A stretch of 64,000 nucleotides of DNA from Candidatus Levyibacteriota bacterium. Lineage in GTDB: Bacteria; Patescibacteriota; Microgenomatia; Levybacterales; UBA12049. Position numbers and translations under genes: made by a program. How positions within the stretch are numbered: position 1 is the stretch's first letter; every line of letters begins with the position of its first letter. Where the stretch lies: NCBI GenBank assembly GCA_963722305.1, contig CAVRKE010000002.1, positions 40,566 to 104,565 on the forward strand, read 5' to 3'. Below, piece by piece: positions 28,085 to 37,736 of the stretch. The notes below the pieces were generated by a model. That model saw nothing but the letters and a program-made list of their open reading frames with translations, was not told the origin of the DNA and ran no database searches.

Positions 28085-29068
28085 ATGAAAAAATTAAAAA
28101 TCGCAATTATGGATATGGACAATCTTAAAAATCCTTTTTGGGGAGCCGGCCAAGCTAGGGTAACTAGAGAAGTGGGTAAAAGACTAGCAAAGAAGCATGA
28201 TGTAATTGTTTACAGCTCTAAATATCCCGGATATAAAGATTATGTTGAAGACGGAATAGTCTATAAACATATCGGAATAGTCAGTAAGAGCTCTAAGCTA
28301 ACAAACATTGCCTACTTATTAAGCGTTCCTTTGCAGGTCAGAAAAATAAAAGATGCCGATATTATTATTGAAGAATTTAACGCGCCAATTTCGGTAAGTT
28401 TTTCTCCGCTTTTTACAAAAATACCGATAATTGCGATTCCGACTATTTTTGCGGCAGAAAAATTTGCTAAGAAATATCATCTGCCTTTTGATTGGGTGGA
28501 GGCTATAGGCGTAAAATTGTATAAATATTTCCTGCCCTATTCTGCTACTGACAGCGGCAAAATAAAAAGACTGCATCCGAAAGCAATATATAAGATTGTA
28601 CCGGTAGGAGTCGGAGAAGAATATTTTGCCATAAAACATCTTAAGCCGGAATATATTCTGTTTTTAAGCAGATTTGATATCCACCAAAAGGGACTTGACT
28701 TGCTTTTGGACGCTTATGCAAAAATTTCCGATAAAATCGGCTATCCGCTTGTGCTGGCTGGGCACGGCTCAGACGAGCAAAAAGTCAGAGCCTTAATAAA
28801 GGAATTAAAACTTGAGAAAAAAATTAGCATAGTTGGTCCGGCATATGGGAAAAAGAAATTTGATTTAATCTCAAAAGCCATCTTTGTGGCGTTTCCTTCT
28901 AGATTTGACGAGTTATCTCTCTGGGCTCTTGAAGCATTGGCGTCGGGAATGCCTTTAGTGGCCTTTGATATACCTGAAGCAAACTGGTCGGACAAAAAGC
29001 GTCGCCTTAAAAGCAAAACCATTCGATACGGACGAATACGCAAAACTAATGCTAAAAGCAACGGATAA
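28085..29068 (+). CDS. GT4 family glycosyltransferase, with apparent frameshift near 28993-28997 (A5)
   Basis: FPSRFDELSLWALEALASGMPLVAFDIPEA is the GT4 EX7E region. The C-terminal tail is nonsense. The true C-terminus continues in the ORF at 28965-29201. Confidence 0.65.
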   Translation: MKKLKIAIMDMDNLKNPFWGAGQARVTREVGKRLAKKHDVIVYSSKYPGYKDYVEDGIVYKHIGIVSKSSKLTNIAYLLSVPLQVRKIKDADIIIEEFNAPISVSFSPLFTKIPIIAIPTIFAAEKFAKKYHLPFDWVEAIGVKLYKYFLPYSATDSGKIKRLHPKAIYKIVPVGVGEEYFAIKHLKPEYILFLSRFDIHQKGLDLLLDAYAKISDKIGYPLVLAGHGSDEQKVRALIKELKLEKKISIVGPAYGKKKFDLISKAIFVAFPSRFDELSLWALEALASGMPLVAFDIPEANWSDKKRRLKSKTIRYGRIRKTNAKSNG

Positions 29069-29201
29069 AAATCTCAATCAAACAATGCGCATAGCCGCAC
29101 GTAATTTGGCGAGAAAATATAACTGGGACGAGGTAACAAAAGATTTCGAAGACTTTTTCAAAGAAGTATTCAAAAGGGAGGGTAAATATGTACAAAGATA
29201 A
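28965..29201 (+). CDS. Displaced C-terminal segment of the preceding GT4 gene
   Basis: KSVALKAKPFDTDEYAKLMLKATDKNLNQTMRIAARNLARKYNWDEVTKDFEDFF is a typical GT4 C-terminus. Removing one A at 28993-28997 would join it to the upstream ORF. Confidence 0.45.
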   Translation: MIYLKQTGRTKSVALKAKPFDTDEYAKLMLKATDKNLNQTMRIAARNLARKYNWDEVTKDFEDFFKEVFKREGKYVQR

Positions 29202-29994
29202 AGTTTTTGTAACAAAAACATTTTTACCTCCGCTTGAGGAATATGTCAAATACTTAGAAAAAGTTTGGGATTCACGCTGGCTGACAAACAATGGGCAATT
29301 GGCCGTAGAGCTGGAAAATAAGCTGAGCGAATATCTTGGAGTCAAGCATGTAATTTTTGTCTCAAACGGAACAATCGCGATTCAGATGGCAATTAAAGCT
29401 CTGGATATTAAAAAAAGTATTATTACTACCCCACTCACTTTTATTGCTACCACTTCTTCTATTCTTTGGGAGAAATGCAAACCTGTTTTCGTTGACGTTG
29501 ATCCGAATACCTTTTGTATTGACCATACAAAAATAGAAGCAGCTATAACCGAAGACACAGAGGCAATCCTTGCCGTACACGTTTATGGATATCCCTGTAA
29601 CGTTAAAGAGATTGAAAAAATAGCCAGAAAACATAATCTAAAAGTTATTTATGATGCGGCACATGCCTTTGGAGTGAAAATTGATGGAGAATCCATATTT
29701 AAATTCGGCGATATCTCAACCCTTAGCCTGCATGCCACTAAACTTTTTCATACCGCTGAGGGGGGACTCGTCCTGACAAACAATGACGCATTGGCAAAAA
29801 AAATTGAACTGCTTAAGGATTTTGGCCTGGAAGGAGAAAACCCAATAGAAATAGGTATTAACGGAAAAAATTCCGAACTGCATGCGGCCCTGGGTTTAGC
29901 AAATTTTAAGCACCTAGACGAAATTAGAGAGTGCAGAAAAAAATTGTCGAAAAATACAAGGAACTGCTTTCGGGAACTAATCTTCATAATGTAA
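29188..29994 (+). CDS. DegT/DnrJ/EryC1/StrS-family PLP-dependent sugar aminotransferase (N-terminal ~250 aa; frame lost at an A7 tract 29937-29943)
   Basis: SLHATKLFHTAEGG contains the PLP lysine. The C-terminal 20 aa are nonsense after the A7 run. Confidence 0.7.
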   Translation: MYKDKVFVTKTFLPPLEEYVKYLEKVWDSRWLTNNGQLAVELENKLSEYLGVKHVIFVSNGTIAIQMAIKALDIKKSIITTPLTFIATTSSILWEKCKPVFVDVDPNTFCIDHTKIEAAITEDTEAILAVHVYGYPCNVKEIEKIARKHNLKVIYDAAHAFGVKIDGESIFKFGDISTLSLHATKLFHTAEGGLVLTNNDALAKKIELLKDFGLEGENPIEIGINGKNSELHAALGLANFKHLDEIRECRKKLSKNTRNCFRELIFIM

Positions 29995-31184
29995 GCTACT
30001 TTAATAACGTTGAATATAATTACGCTTATTTCCCGATTGTCTTTACTACGGAAAGCGATTTATTAAAAGCTGAAAAAGCACTTCGAGAACAAAATATCTT
30101 TGCCAGAAGATATTTTTATCCTTCCTTAAATACACTACCGTTTGTGGAATATATGCCATGCCCGAATTCCGAATCTATCGCAAAAAGAATTCTGTGTCTT
30201 CCTTTATATCACGATCTTCCGCTTGAAAAAGTCGAAGAAATAGCCGGCATTATTAAGGAAACTTTAGAAAAAAATAAACCGACTTTAACTGTCGGCATTC
30301 CTGCCCATAACGAGGAAGAAAATATCGTTAATTTAATTCAAGCAATATTAAACCAAAAAGACGGAAATTACGCTCTTCAAGAAATAGTTATTGCTTCCGA
30401 TGCCTCTACCGATAAAACAGTTTCTTTGGTAAATGAACTTCGGAAAAAAGACCCGAGAATAAAAGTTATTGGGAGTGAGACAAGAAGAGGCAAAACCTAT
30501 CGCTTAAATGAATTATACACCATGCATAATAGTGATTTTATTCTGACTTTGGATGGTGACGTTTTATTAAAAGATTCCGACTCTATTGAGAAAATGGTCA
30601 ATATCTTTTTGGAGGATAAAGATGCCTGCGTAGTCGCTGGTCATTTAAGACCGATTAAACCTGAGTCGTTTATTGGTAAGGTAATTTATACAAGCGACGT
30701 TTTGTGGGATACGGTAATAACGCAGATTAATAATGGAGACCATATTGCAAATCTTTATGGAGCCGCCCACATGTTAAGGAAAGATTTTTCAAAATCTTTT
30801 GTGTATCCGACAAATATTAGCTGCGATGAGGAATATCTATATATAAAGGCTAAAGAGAAGAATGGATTCCGCTACGCCAGAAATGTGTATATTCTATTTA
30901 TGGCGCCGGCAACCATCAAAGAAGTTATTTTGCAAGGCAGGAGGGCCTTAAAAGAGCGAAAAGCTTTAGTTGAAATATTTGGCAATGCTGTCCTTAAACT
31001 TCATCACGTTCCCATAAAATATAAACTTCAGGGGATCTTAAAAATGTTAGGTTCTAGCCCATTGTATACGATTTTATCCTTGTTACTAATGCTCGTTATA
31101 AAAGTTTTTCCATATGAAGATTCCCTTAATAAACAGGGGATGTGGCAAATTGCTTCTTCGACAAAGACTGTCACTGAAGCGTAA
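29931..31184 (+). CDS. DegT aminotransferase C-terminal domain fused in frame to a GT2 glycosyltransferase
   Basis: N-terminus KIVEKYKELLSG...ILCLPLYHDLPLEKVEEIAGI is the DegT C-terminus. TLTVGIPAHNEEENI...IASDASTDKT is a GT2, with no stop or start codon between them. One extra A in the A7 tract would give ...ECRKKIVEKYKELL... in frame with the 29188 ORF. Confidence 0.7.
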   Translation: MQKKIVEKYKELLSGTNLHNVSYFNNVEYNYAYFPIVFTTESDLLKAEKALREQNIFARRYFYPSLNTLPFVEYMPCPNSESIAKRILCLPLYHDLPLEKVEEIAGIIKETLEKNKPTLTVGIPAHNEEENIVNLIQAILNQKDGNYALQEIVIASDASTDKTVSLVNELRKKDPRIKVIGSETRRGKTYRLNELYTMHNSDFILTLDGDVLLKDSDSIEKMVNIFLEDKDACVVAGHLRPIKPESFIGKVIYTSDVLWDTVITQINNGDHIANLYGAAHMLRKDFSKSFVYPTNISCDEEYLYIKAKEKNGFRYARNVYILFMAPATIKEVILQGRRALKERKALVEIFGNAVLKLHHVPIKYKLQGILKMLGSSPLYTILSLLLMLVIKVFPYEDSLNKQGMWQIASSTKTVTEA

Positions 31185-31191
31185 ATAAACT

Positions 31192-32085
31192 ATGAACAAA
31201 AAGAGTATCGCAAAAAAAATAAGCATAACCATAGGAATTCCGGCTTACAACGAAGAAGCAAATATTGCTATGTTACTGGATAAAATCCTTCTGCAAAAAG
31301 GCAATAGTTTTGTCGTAAAAAAAATAATCGTCGTCTCGGATTCGGACTTGGACAACACTAATAAGATTGTGTCGGAATATAAAAATACAAAAATTCATTT
31401 GGTCGCTAACGCCAGCCGAAAAGGTCAAGTTTATGCACAAAATTTGATTTTTAAACTGGCCGATACCGATTTGGTAGTTTTGTTTGAAGCCGACACTTAT
31501 CCTGAAAATGAAGACTATCTATCGAACTTGATAAAACCTTTATTCAAAAATAAAAATGTCGGCCTAATTCAAGGATCAATGCAACCGTTAAAACCTAAAA
31601 CGATGATAGCAAAATGTTTAGCGATGCAATTTAAGATTTTTTCAAAAATTATGTTGACCTATCATTCCCAGAAGAATCCAATCCCTTCCGGAAGAGGTGG
31701 CCGGGCTTTTACAAAAACTGTCTACAAAAATCTTATTTGGCCAACTTCAGTTCCTGAAGATGAATATGCATATCTTTGGTGTGCTGCAAAAGGAATTGAA
31801 ACTATGCTTCAGAAATCTGCAATTTGTTATTTCCGATTACCTCAAACAGTTTCTGAATATATAAAATCTATGCAAAAAAATAAATCTGCGTCTATAACCA
31901 TTCATAAGTATTTTTCTTCGGAAATAATTTCTTCTACCATGTCTACTTCTTCTAGGGAAAAGGCGCTTATCTTCTTTTATTTTCTACTTGCAGATCCCGC
32001 ACTTTGCCTCAGATACATTTTTTTAAGAGTGGCCGTATGCTTTGGAACAAAAAATTTGGAGTTTACTGATTTTTGGACAACATAA
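31192..32085 (+). CDS. GT2 family glycosyltransferase (paralogue 2)
   Basis: ISITIGIPAYNEEANI...VVSDSDLDNTNKIV. Confidence 0.75.
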   Translation: MNKKSIAKKISITIGIPAYNEEANIAMLLDKILLQKGNSFVVKKIIVVSDSDLDNTNKIVSEYKNTKIHLVANASRKGQVYAQNLIFKLADTDLVVLFEADTYPENEDYLSNLIKPLFKNKNVGLIQGSMQPLKPKTMIAKCLAMQFKIFSKIMLTYHSQKNPIPSGRGGRAFTKTVYKNLIWPTSVPEDEYAYLWCAAKGIETMLQKSAICYFRLPQTVSEYIKSMQKNKSASITIHKYFSSEIISSTMSTSSREKALIFFYFLLADPALCLRYIFLRVAVCFGTKNLEFTDFWTT

Positions 32086-32089
32086 GAAT

Positions 32090-33025
32090 ATGAAAAAAAA
32101 TAAATTATATAAACTAAGTATTGGCATACCTGCTTATAACGAAGAAGAAGGCATCGAAAACTTGCTGAATTCTATACATCTCCAGAAACAAAAGTCTTAT
32201 GTTATAGAAAAAATTATCGTTGCTTCCGACGGAAGTACGGACAATACAGAAAGCATTGTCTCGAAGATATCTAAGAAGAAAAATAATGTCATGCTGGTGC
32301 CATACAAAAAAAGAGAAGGCAAGGCAGAGCGTCTTAATAATTTGTTAAAATTAAATAAGAGCGAAATTCTGCTAATTTTAGATGCAGATACCATATTGTC
32401 GGAAATATATATCTTAGAAAAGCTATTTAAGTATTTTAAAAAGGCAGAGGTAGGCATTGTCGGGTTAAATATGAAACCGGTTAATTCCGAAAAACTTATC
32501 GGAAAACTAATTAATACCTGGTATCAGTTGTGGTACGAGGTAAGAAAAAATGTCAATGGTGGCGATTCTATTCATAATATAAGAGGGGGAGCATTTGCGA
32601 TTCGGAAATCATTAGCCCAAGAAATTCAAATCCATAAAAATATTCAACAAGTGGGAAGACTTGCCTATCTTACATCGCATAAAAAGGGATTTACTTTTGC
32701 TTTTGCTAAAGATGCAATAATTTTATATCGGGCTCCCGATAATTTATCTGACTATATTTCAACCCTAACTAGAGGAGATAATATTGAAACAAATTATTTT
32801 GAAAAGGCTTTTGGTAAGGAAATTAATAAACAATATTCTGTACCGAGAGAAAATAAAATTAAAGCTTTACTTAAGATGATTATAAAAAATCCTGCTATGC
32901 TTATCTTATCTTTCTTGTTTATAAATGCGGCAAATATTTTAGCCAGGAATAAAAAAAGCTTAGATAATCATGGGTTTTGGCAAATAGCTTCTTCAACCAA
33001 AAGAAGCATTAATATTAATTTTTAA
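32090..33025 (+). CDS. GT2 family glycosyltransferase (paralogue 3)
   Basis: LSIGIPAYNEEEGI...VASDGSTDNTESIV. C-terminal FWQIASSTK shared with paralogue 1. Probable start ATG 32090 (MKKNKLYK). The ORF track gives 32042. Confidence 0.75.
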   Translation: MKKNKLYKLSIGIPAYNEEEGIENLLNSIHLQKQKSYVIEKIIVASDGSTDNTESIVSKISKKKNNVMLVPYKKREGKAERLNNLLKLNKSEILLILDADTILSEIYILEKLFKYFKKAEVGIVGLNMKPVNSEKLIGKLINTWYQLWYEVRKNVNGGDSIHNIRGGAFAIRKSLAQEIQIHKNIQQVGRLAYLTSHKKGFTFAFAKDAIILYRAPDNLSDYISTLTRGDNIETNYFEKAFGKEINKQYSVPRENKIKALLKMIIKNPAMLILSFLFINAANILARNKKSLDNHGFWQIASSTKRSININF

Positions 33026-33028
33026 GAG

Positions 33029-34558
33029 ATGAAAAGAATTTATTTAATATTTACTGTAATTATAATCATTCTGACAATTGCTTTTTTGACAGTGGCTATA
33101 CGTGGTAAAGCAGGTAATCCTATTGCTTATCAATCGGATTACAATACACAGCTCGGAGGACCATTTGAAGCTTCAAATAGCACTTCCAGATATGCTTTGA
33201 CTGAGGCAATAGTTAAAACCGGAACTTTTTTTCTCAATCCTACCCTTGCCCAATTTGGTTCTCCGGATGTAATTGTAAATAAAAAAGGGCAATATATTTC
33301 TATATTTACTCCGGGAGTATCCTTTATTGCAGTTCCATTTTATATTTTAGGTGAAAATTTTGGAATGCCGCAATTATTCACTTATTTATCTGTTTTCTTA
33401 ATTTCGGTTTTGAATGCTTTTTTAATCGCCAGATTGGCCTACAAGCTTGGGGCGAAATATTATACAAGTCTTTTAAGCGGTCTCATTTTTTTGTTTGCGA
33501 CAAATGCCCTACCGTATTCACAAACCCTCGCCCAGCATCAAGCCAGCGTTCTCGTAATTTTATTAAGCTTATTAAGCATATTTAGTCCCCCAACTTTACT
33601 CAAGAACATCATTCTAGGAATGCTATTTGGAATAGGAGCTTTAATTGACGTACCTAATGCTTTCTTTTTAATGCCCATCTTAATCTACGTTTTATTTCAG
33701 GATTTTAATCTCGAATCCAACGGTAAAAAGTTGGTTATGTTTTTCAAATTAAATATTTTAGGTCTTATTATAGGAGTAATTCCGTTTCTTGTGTTATTTG
33801 GTGTTTACAATAATATTACCACCGGGTCCTATTTTAAACTGGCACAAACAGGTGGACAACGCTTCTCGGTTACATCCGTAAACGGAAAAGCACCCGTAAG
33901 CACCTCAAATACATCTAATGGAACATTCTTTCTGCCATTTAACACTAGATATCAACTGAACGGCTTGTACACTTTGTTAATAAGTAATGAAAGAGCTTGG
34001 ATATATTATAGCCCCATTCTCTTCTTAGGACTTTTGGGAATTTTTGTTCTTTATAAAAATAGGAAGAATGATAAAGTTGCCATCATAATGGCATCCGTTA
34101 TCTTGACGAATATTATTGTCTATTCAATGTTTTCTGATCCATGGGGCGGATGGGCTTTCGGACCAAGATACCTAATACCAAGCGCTGCAATATTAAGCAT
34201 CTTTATTGGTATCGCCATAGAAAGGTACAAGCAAAATATTTTTTTCGCGGTAATCCTATTTGTTTTAACGGCATATAGTATTTTTGTAAGTTCTCTAGGA
34301 GCATTCACTACCACTGCTATTCCTCCAAAGCAGGAAGCGGAACATTTAATTACCCCTATTCCTTATACCTATCAGTATAATTTGGATTTACTCAACAAAA
34401 ATTTTTCAAGTTCTTTAATCTATAATTTGTACGTACCAAAAATAATAACTCCGCGAAACTTTTTATACATTTATACCGCGCTATTACTCCTCTTCTTTAG
34501 CGGAATTTACACTGCAGCCATAGTTGATAAGAACGAACAAGGAGAAGAAAATGAATAA
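33029..34558 (+). CDS. GT-C fold polytopic membrane glycosyltransferase (ArnT/PMT-like)
   Basis: 509 aa, about 12 TMs. First-loop region SRYALTEAIVKTGTFFLNP resembles the ArnT/PMT loop motif. Confidence 0.5.
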   Translation: MKRIYLIFTVIIIILTIAFLTVAIRGKAGNPIAYQSDYNTQLGGPFEASNSTSRYALTEAIVKTGTFFLNPTLAQFGSPDVIVNKKGQYISIFTPGVSFIAVPFYILGENFGMPQLFTYLSVFLISVLNAFLIARLAYKLGAKYYTSLLSGLIFLFATNALPYSQTLAQHQASVLVILLSLLSIFSPPTLLKNIILGMLFGIGALIDVPNAFFLMPILIYVLFQDFNLESNGKKLVMFFKLNILGLIIGVIPFLVLFGVYNNITTGSYFKLAQTGGQRFSVTSVNGKAPVSTSNTSNGTFFLPFNTRYQLNGLYTLLISNERAWIYYSPILFLGLLGIFVLYKNRKNDKVAIIMASVILTNIIVYSMFSDPWGGWAFGPRYLIPSAAILSIFIGIAIERYKQNIFFAVILFVLTAYSIFVSSLGAFTTTAIPPKQEAEHLITPIPYTYQYNLDLLNKNFSSSLIYNLYVPKIITPRNFLYIYTALLLLFFSGIYTAAIVDKNEQGEENE

Positions 34559-36248
34559 AATTAAAAAATATCAAACAACAATAAAGAGTTTTTTTCAAAC
34601 TTTTGCTGTTCCATGGATCAGCAAAAACGAGATGGAAATAGATATCCCCCTCAATGAAGAGGCTAATAGTAAGGTTTTAAATATTTTAAAAACACATACG
34701 GTTTTGTTTTTACTTATCATCTTATCGGTGGTATCAATTACCAGTTTTATCGTCTTCTACTTTAACCACTTGGGCTTGGCTTATAATGACGCCCGCTCAC
34801 ATCTTGACATCGGACGGCGTGTGGTGGAAGGATTAAAACCCGGTTTTGCACAACTCGGAAGCGTTTGGCTTCCCCTACCCCATCTTTTAATGGTTTTAAC
34901 TATCTGGAATGATTTCATGTGGCATTCTGGTCTTGCCGGTGCTTTACAGTCAATGATTTCCTTTGTGGCAACCGGCTATTTAATTTATCTGTTTCTTAAA
35001 AAATTAGGCGTTGGACTGGTTGGCCGGTTGGTCGGTGTTTTTATTTTTGCGGCCAACCTGAATATTTTGTATTTACAATCCACCGCTATGACAGAACTCT
35101 TACTGATCGCCACCATGATGGCCGGGGTTTATGAGCTCTTAAACTGGTTTAATAACGATAAAATTTTAAGTTTGATAAAAGCGGCTTTTTGGATTATGCT
35201 TTCAACCTTAATCCGCTACGACGGCTGGTTCTTGCTGGTCCTGGCAACCTTGCTTATCGGAATTCAGGTGCTGCGTAAAAAAGGCTATAAGGCCTCCGAA
35301 GGCACTGTGATTTTGTTTGCAACCCTGGCCGGCTTTGGAATAGTGTTATGGGTTTTCTGGAATTGGTTAATTTTTAAAGACCCTTTGTATTTTATTTTCG
35401 GCCCTTATGCCGCTGCTACACAGCAACAGCAACTGGCAGCGGCCGGAGTGCTTGCAACCAAGGGGAATTTATTATTCTCCATAAAAGTATATCTTTACGC
35501 TTTACTCTATAACTCCAACGCCTTCGTGACAATTCTTGGCACAATCGGAGCAATTGTCTTCTGGTTTGATAAAAGAATAAATCTTTCGGTAAAAATTGGC
35601 TCGCTGACGCTTTTGGCGCCGCTGATTTTTAATATTCTCGCTCTCTATCTTGGCCAGTCCGTACTTTTTATCCAGGGCCTATCCGGAAACACCTGGTTTA
35701 ACGTCCGCTACGGAATAATGGTTATGCCGTCCATTGCCATATTCATCGGCTATCTTGTCAACAGATTTAAAGACCTGCGTGCAGTAATGATTGGACTGCT
35801 ATTGTTTGTGCTTTTCTTTTCGTTTGCCAATGCCGATGCGGTAACAATTGACGATGCCAGAGTCGGTTCCAGCCAGAAAAATGTCTCGGAAGTTTCCGGC
35901 TGGCTTAATAAAAATGCCAAGGATAAGCCGGGGTTTGTTTTAATCTCTGCCGCCAGCCATGACGCGGTTATTTTTTCCTCCGGCCTGCCGATGAGCAAAT
36001 TTATTCATGAAGGAACGGGTGAGTATTGGCTTGATGCCACCACCTCACCTGACAGATGGGCACGCTGGATTGTGATGCGCACAAATGATGTAAATGACTC
36101 AACGTTTAAACTGGTGAGTAAATCGACTGCCTACAGAAATGGCGACTATACTTTAGTTAACCACTATCCTTTTGCCGATATCTATCAGTTGAAACCGCAA
36201 TTTATTAAGTATTTGCACACCACGCCTATTTTGGGCAAACAAAGATGA
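34551..36248 (+). CDS. Polytopic membrane protein with C-terminal soluble domain, GT-C-like (putative glycosyltransferase)
   Basis: First-loop motif YNDARSHLDIGRRVVEG...LGSVWLPLPHLL, multi-TM core and about 150-aa C-terminal extracellular domain. Probable start ATG 34551 behind AAGGAGAAG. The ORF track gives 34524. Confidence 0.4.
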   Translation: MNKIKKYQTTIKSFFQTFAVPWISKNEMEIDIPLNEEANSKVLNILKTHTVLFLLIILSVVSITSFIVFYFNHLGLAYNDARSHLDIGRRVVEGLKPGFAQLGSVWLPLPHLLMVLTIWNDFMWHSGLAGALQSMISFVATGYLIYLFLKKLGVGLVGRLVGVFIFAANLNILYLQSTAMTELLLIATMMAGVYELLNWFNNDKILSLIKAAFWIMLSTLIRYDGWFLLVLATLLIGIQVLRKKGYKASEGTVILFATLAGFGIVLWVFWNWLIFKDPLYFIFGPYAAATQQQQLAAAGVLATKGNLLFSIKVYLYALLYNSNAFVTILGTIGAIVFWFDKRINLSVKIGSLTLLAPLIFNILALYLGQSVLFIQGLSGNTWFNVRYGIMVMPSIAIFIGYLVNRFKDLRAVMIGLLLFVLFFSFANADAVTIDDARVGSSQKNVSEVSGWLNKNAKDKPGFVLISAASHDAVIFSSGLPMSKFIHEGTGEYWLDATTSPDRWARWIVMRTNDVNDSTFKLVSKSTAYRNGDYTLVNHYPFADIYQLKPQFIKYLHTTPILGKQR

Positions 36249-37249
36249 AAAAAAATACACTTTTTAAAATAATTATTTTTGTCATCATGGTTGGCATTAT
36301 TTGTGCTGCTGCATATTTGGGACAACAATCTTTCACTCCCGGTAGCACAACCATCTGGAGTTTCCAGTCTATTGATACGATGAAGTATTCACGGGATTTA
36401 AGCAGACAAGAACTGGATAATACTTCCTTTGACGCAGTGATAGATACGCAGATCAAAAATATCGCCGCTACCGGAGCGACCTACGTGGCAATCGACACTC
36501 CGTACGACGAAGAATTTTTTCCCATGCTGCAAAGATGGGTAGCAGCTGCCAGAAAATATAATCTTAAGGTTTGGTTTAGAGGCAATTGGTCCGGCTGGGA
36601 AGGCTGGTTTGGCTATTCAAAAATTGACAGACAAACTCACATTGCAAAAACTAAACAGTTTATTCTAGAACACAGCGCTATATTTCAAGACGGCGATGTC
36701 TTTACCGCTTGTCCGGAATGCGAGAACGGCGGACCGGGCGACCCCAGAGTAACCGGAGACATTGCGGGATACAGACAATTTCTTATCGACGAATATCAAG
36801 TTACCAAAGCGGCTTTTAAGCAAATCGGTAAAAATGTCGCTTCAAATTATGACTCGATGAATGGTGATGTTGCAACTGTGGTAATGAATAAATCAACCAC
36901 AAAAGCACTTGACGGAATTGTGACCATTGACCATTATATCGCCACTCCCGAACAACTGGCGGCTAAAGTTGCGGCGCTTACAAAGCAGTCCGGCGGAAAG
37001 ATCGTCCTTGGGGAATTTGGGGTGCCTATCCCAAACGTTAATGGAGATATGACCGAGGACCAACAGGCTGCCTGGATTTCGCGCGCCTTGCAACTACTGG
37101 AAAACACGCCTAATGTTGTCGGCATGAATTATTGGACCAATGTCGGCAGCAGCACGGCCCTTTGGAATGACGACGGAAGCGAAAGAAAAGCGGTGTCGGC
37201 AATTAAGAGTTTTTATAACGTAAGGCTCGTTCAAGGTATTACCCGCTGA
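36245..37249 (+). CDS. Membrane-anchored putative glycoside hydrolase (TIM-barrel, GH5-like)
   Basis: N-terminal TM anchor. Candidate nucleophile motif VLGEFGVP and upstream acidic ECENGGP. Weak family assignment. Confidence 0.35.
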   Translation: MKKNTLFKIIIFVIMVGIICAAAYLGQQSFTPGSTTIWSFQSIDTMKYSRDLSRQELDNTSFDAVIDTQIKNIAATGATYVAIDTPYDEEFFPMLQRWVAAARKYNLKVWFRGNWSGWEGWFGYSKIDRQTHIAKTKQFILEHSAIFQDGDVFTACPECENGGPGDPRVTGDIAGYRQFLIDEYQVTKAAFKQIGKNVASNYDSMNGDVATVVMNKSTTKALDGIVTIDHYIATPEQLAAKVAALTKQSGGKIVLGEFGVPIPNVNGDMTEDQQAAWISRALQLLENTPNVVGMNYWTNVGSSTALWNDDGSERKAVSAIKSFYNVRLVQGITR

Positions 37250-37310
37250 AAAATCTTATCTTCTTAAGATAAAATTTGACAAAGAGTTTTTAAAGGAGTA
37301 CAAAAAGCTT

Positions 37311-37718
37311 ATGAAAAAGGCAGGGTTTTTGGTTATTCCTCTGCTGCTTTTAATCTTTTCTGCTCATTCTTCTTTTGCCGATAATGTACAAACCGGCAAT
37401 GTCGTAGACGCCCAAAGTACGGTTGAAAATAATGTCCAGGGAAGCGGTTCTGTTACCACCCATATCGAAACCTCGGCCAACGGACAAACCAATGTGATAG
37501 ACACCAACGGCAACGGCACGGTAAACGTCACTAACAACAACGGTAATGTGAGCATCACTAAAACTCCCGACGTAAACATTACCCAAACCCAAGTTGAGAC
37601 ACAAATTTCCACCCCAACACCAAAAATCACGCCGCCAATTATTCATAAACCTTCCTTGATGTCAAATATTTTTACCAACATTACCGATTTCATCAAACGC
37701 GTATTTCGCGATCTCTAA
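37311..37718 (+). CDS. Secreted Asn/Thr-rich small protein (hypothetical)
   Basis: Signal peptide MKKAGFLVIPLLLLIFSAHSSFA. N/T/V-rich low-complexity sequence. Confidence 0.4.
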   Translation: MKKAGFLVIPLLLLIFSAHSSFADNVQTGNVVDAQSTVENNVQGSGSVTTHIETSANGQTNVIDTNGNGTVNVTNNNGNVSITKTPDVNITQTQVETQISTPTPKITPPIIHKPSLMSNIFTNITDFIKRVFRDL

Positions 37719-37736
37719 AAGGAAGGAGGTGAAATA

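Noticed and set aside
32041-32092. Possible fourth frameshift at the A6 tract joining GT2 paralogues 2 and 3
   Set aside because: Alternative frames do not restore the WQIASSTK-type C-terminus. The third paralogue has its own ATG (32090) directly after the stop of the second. Ordinary gene boundary.
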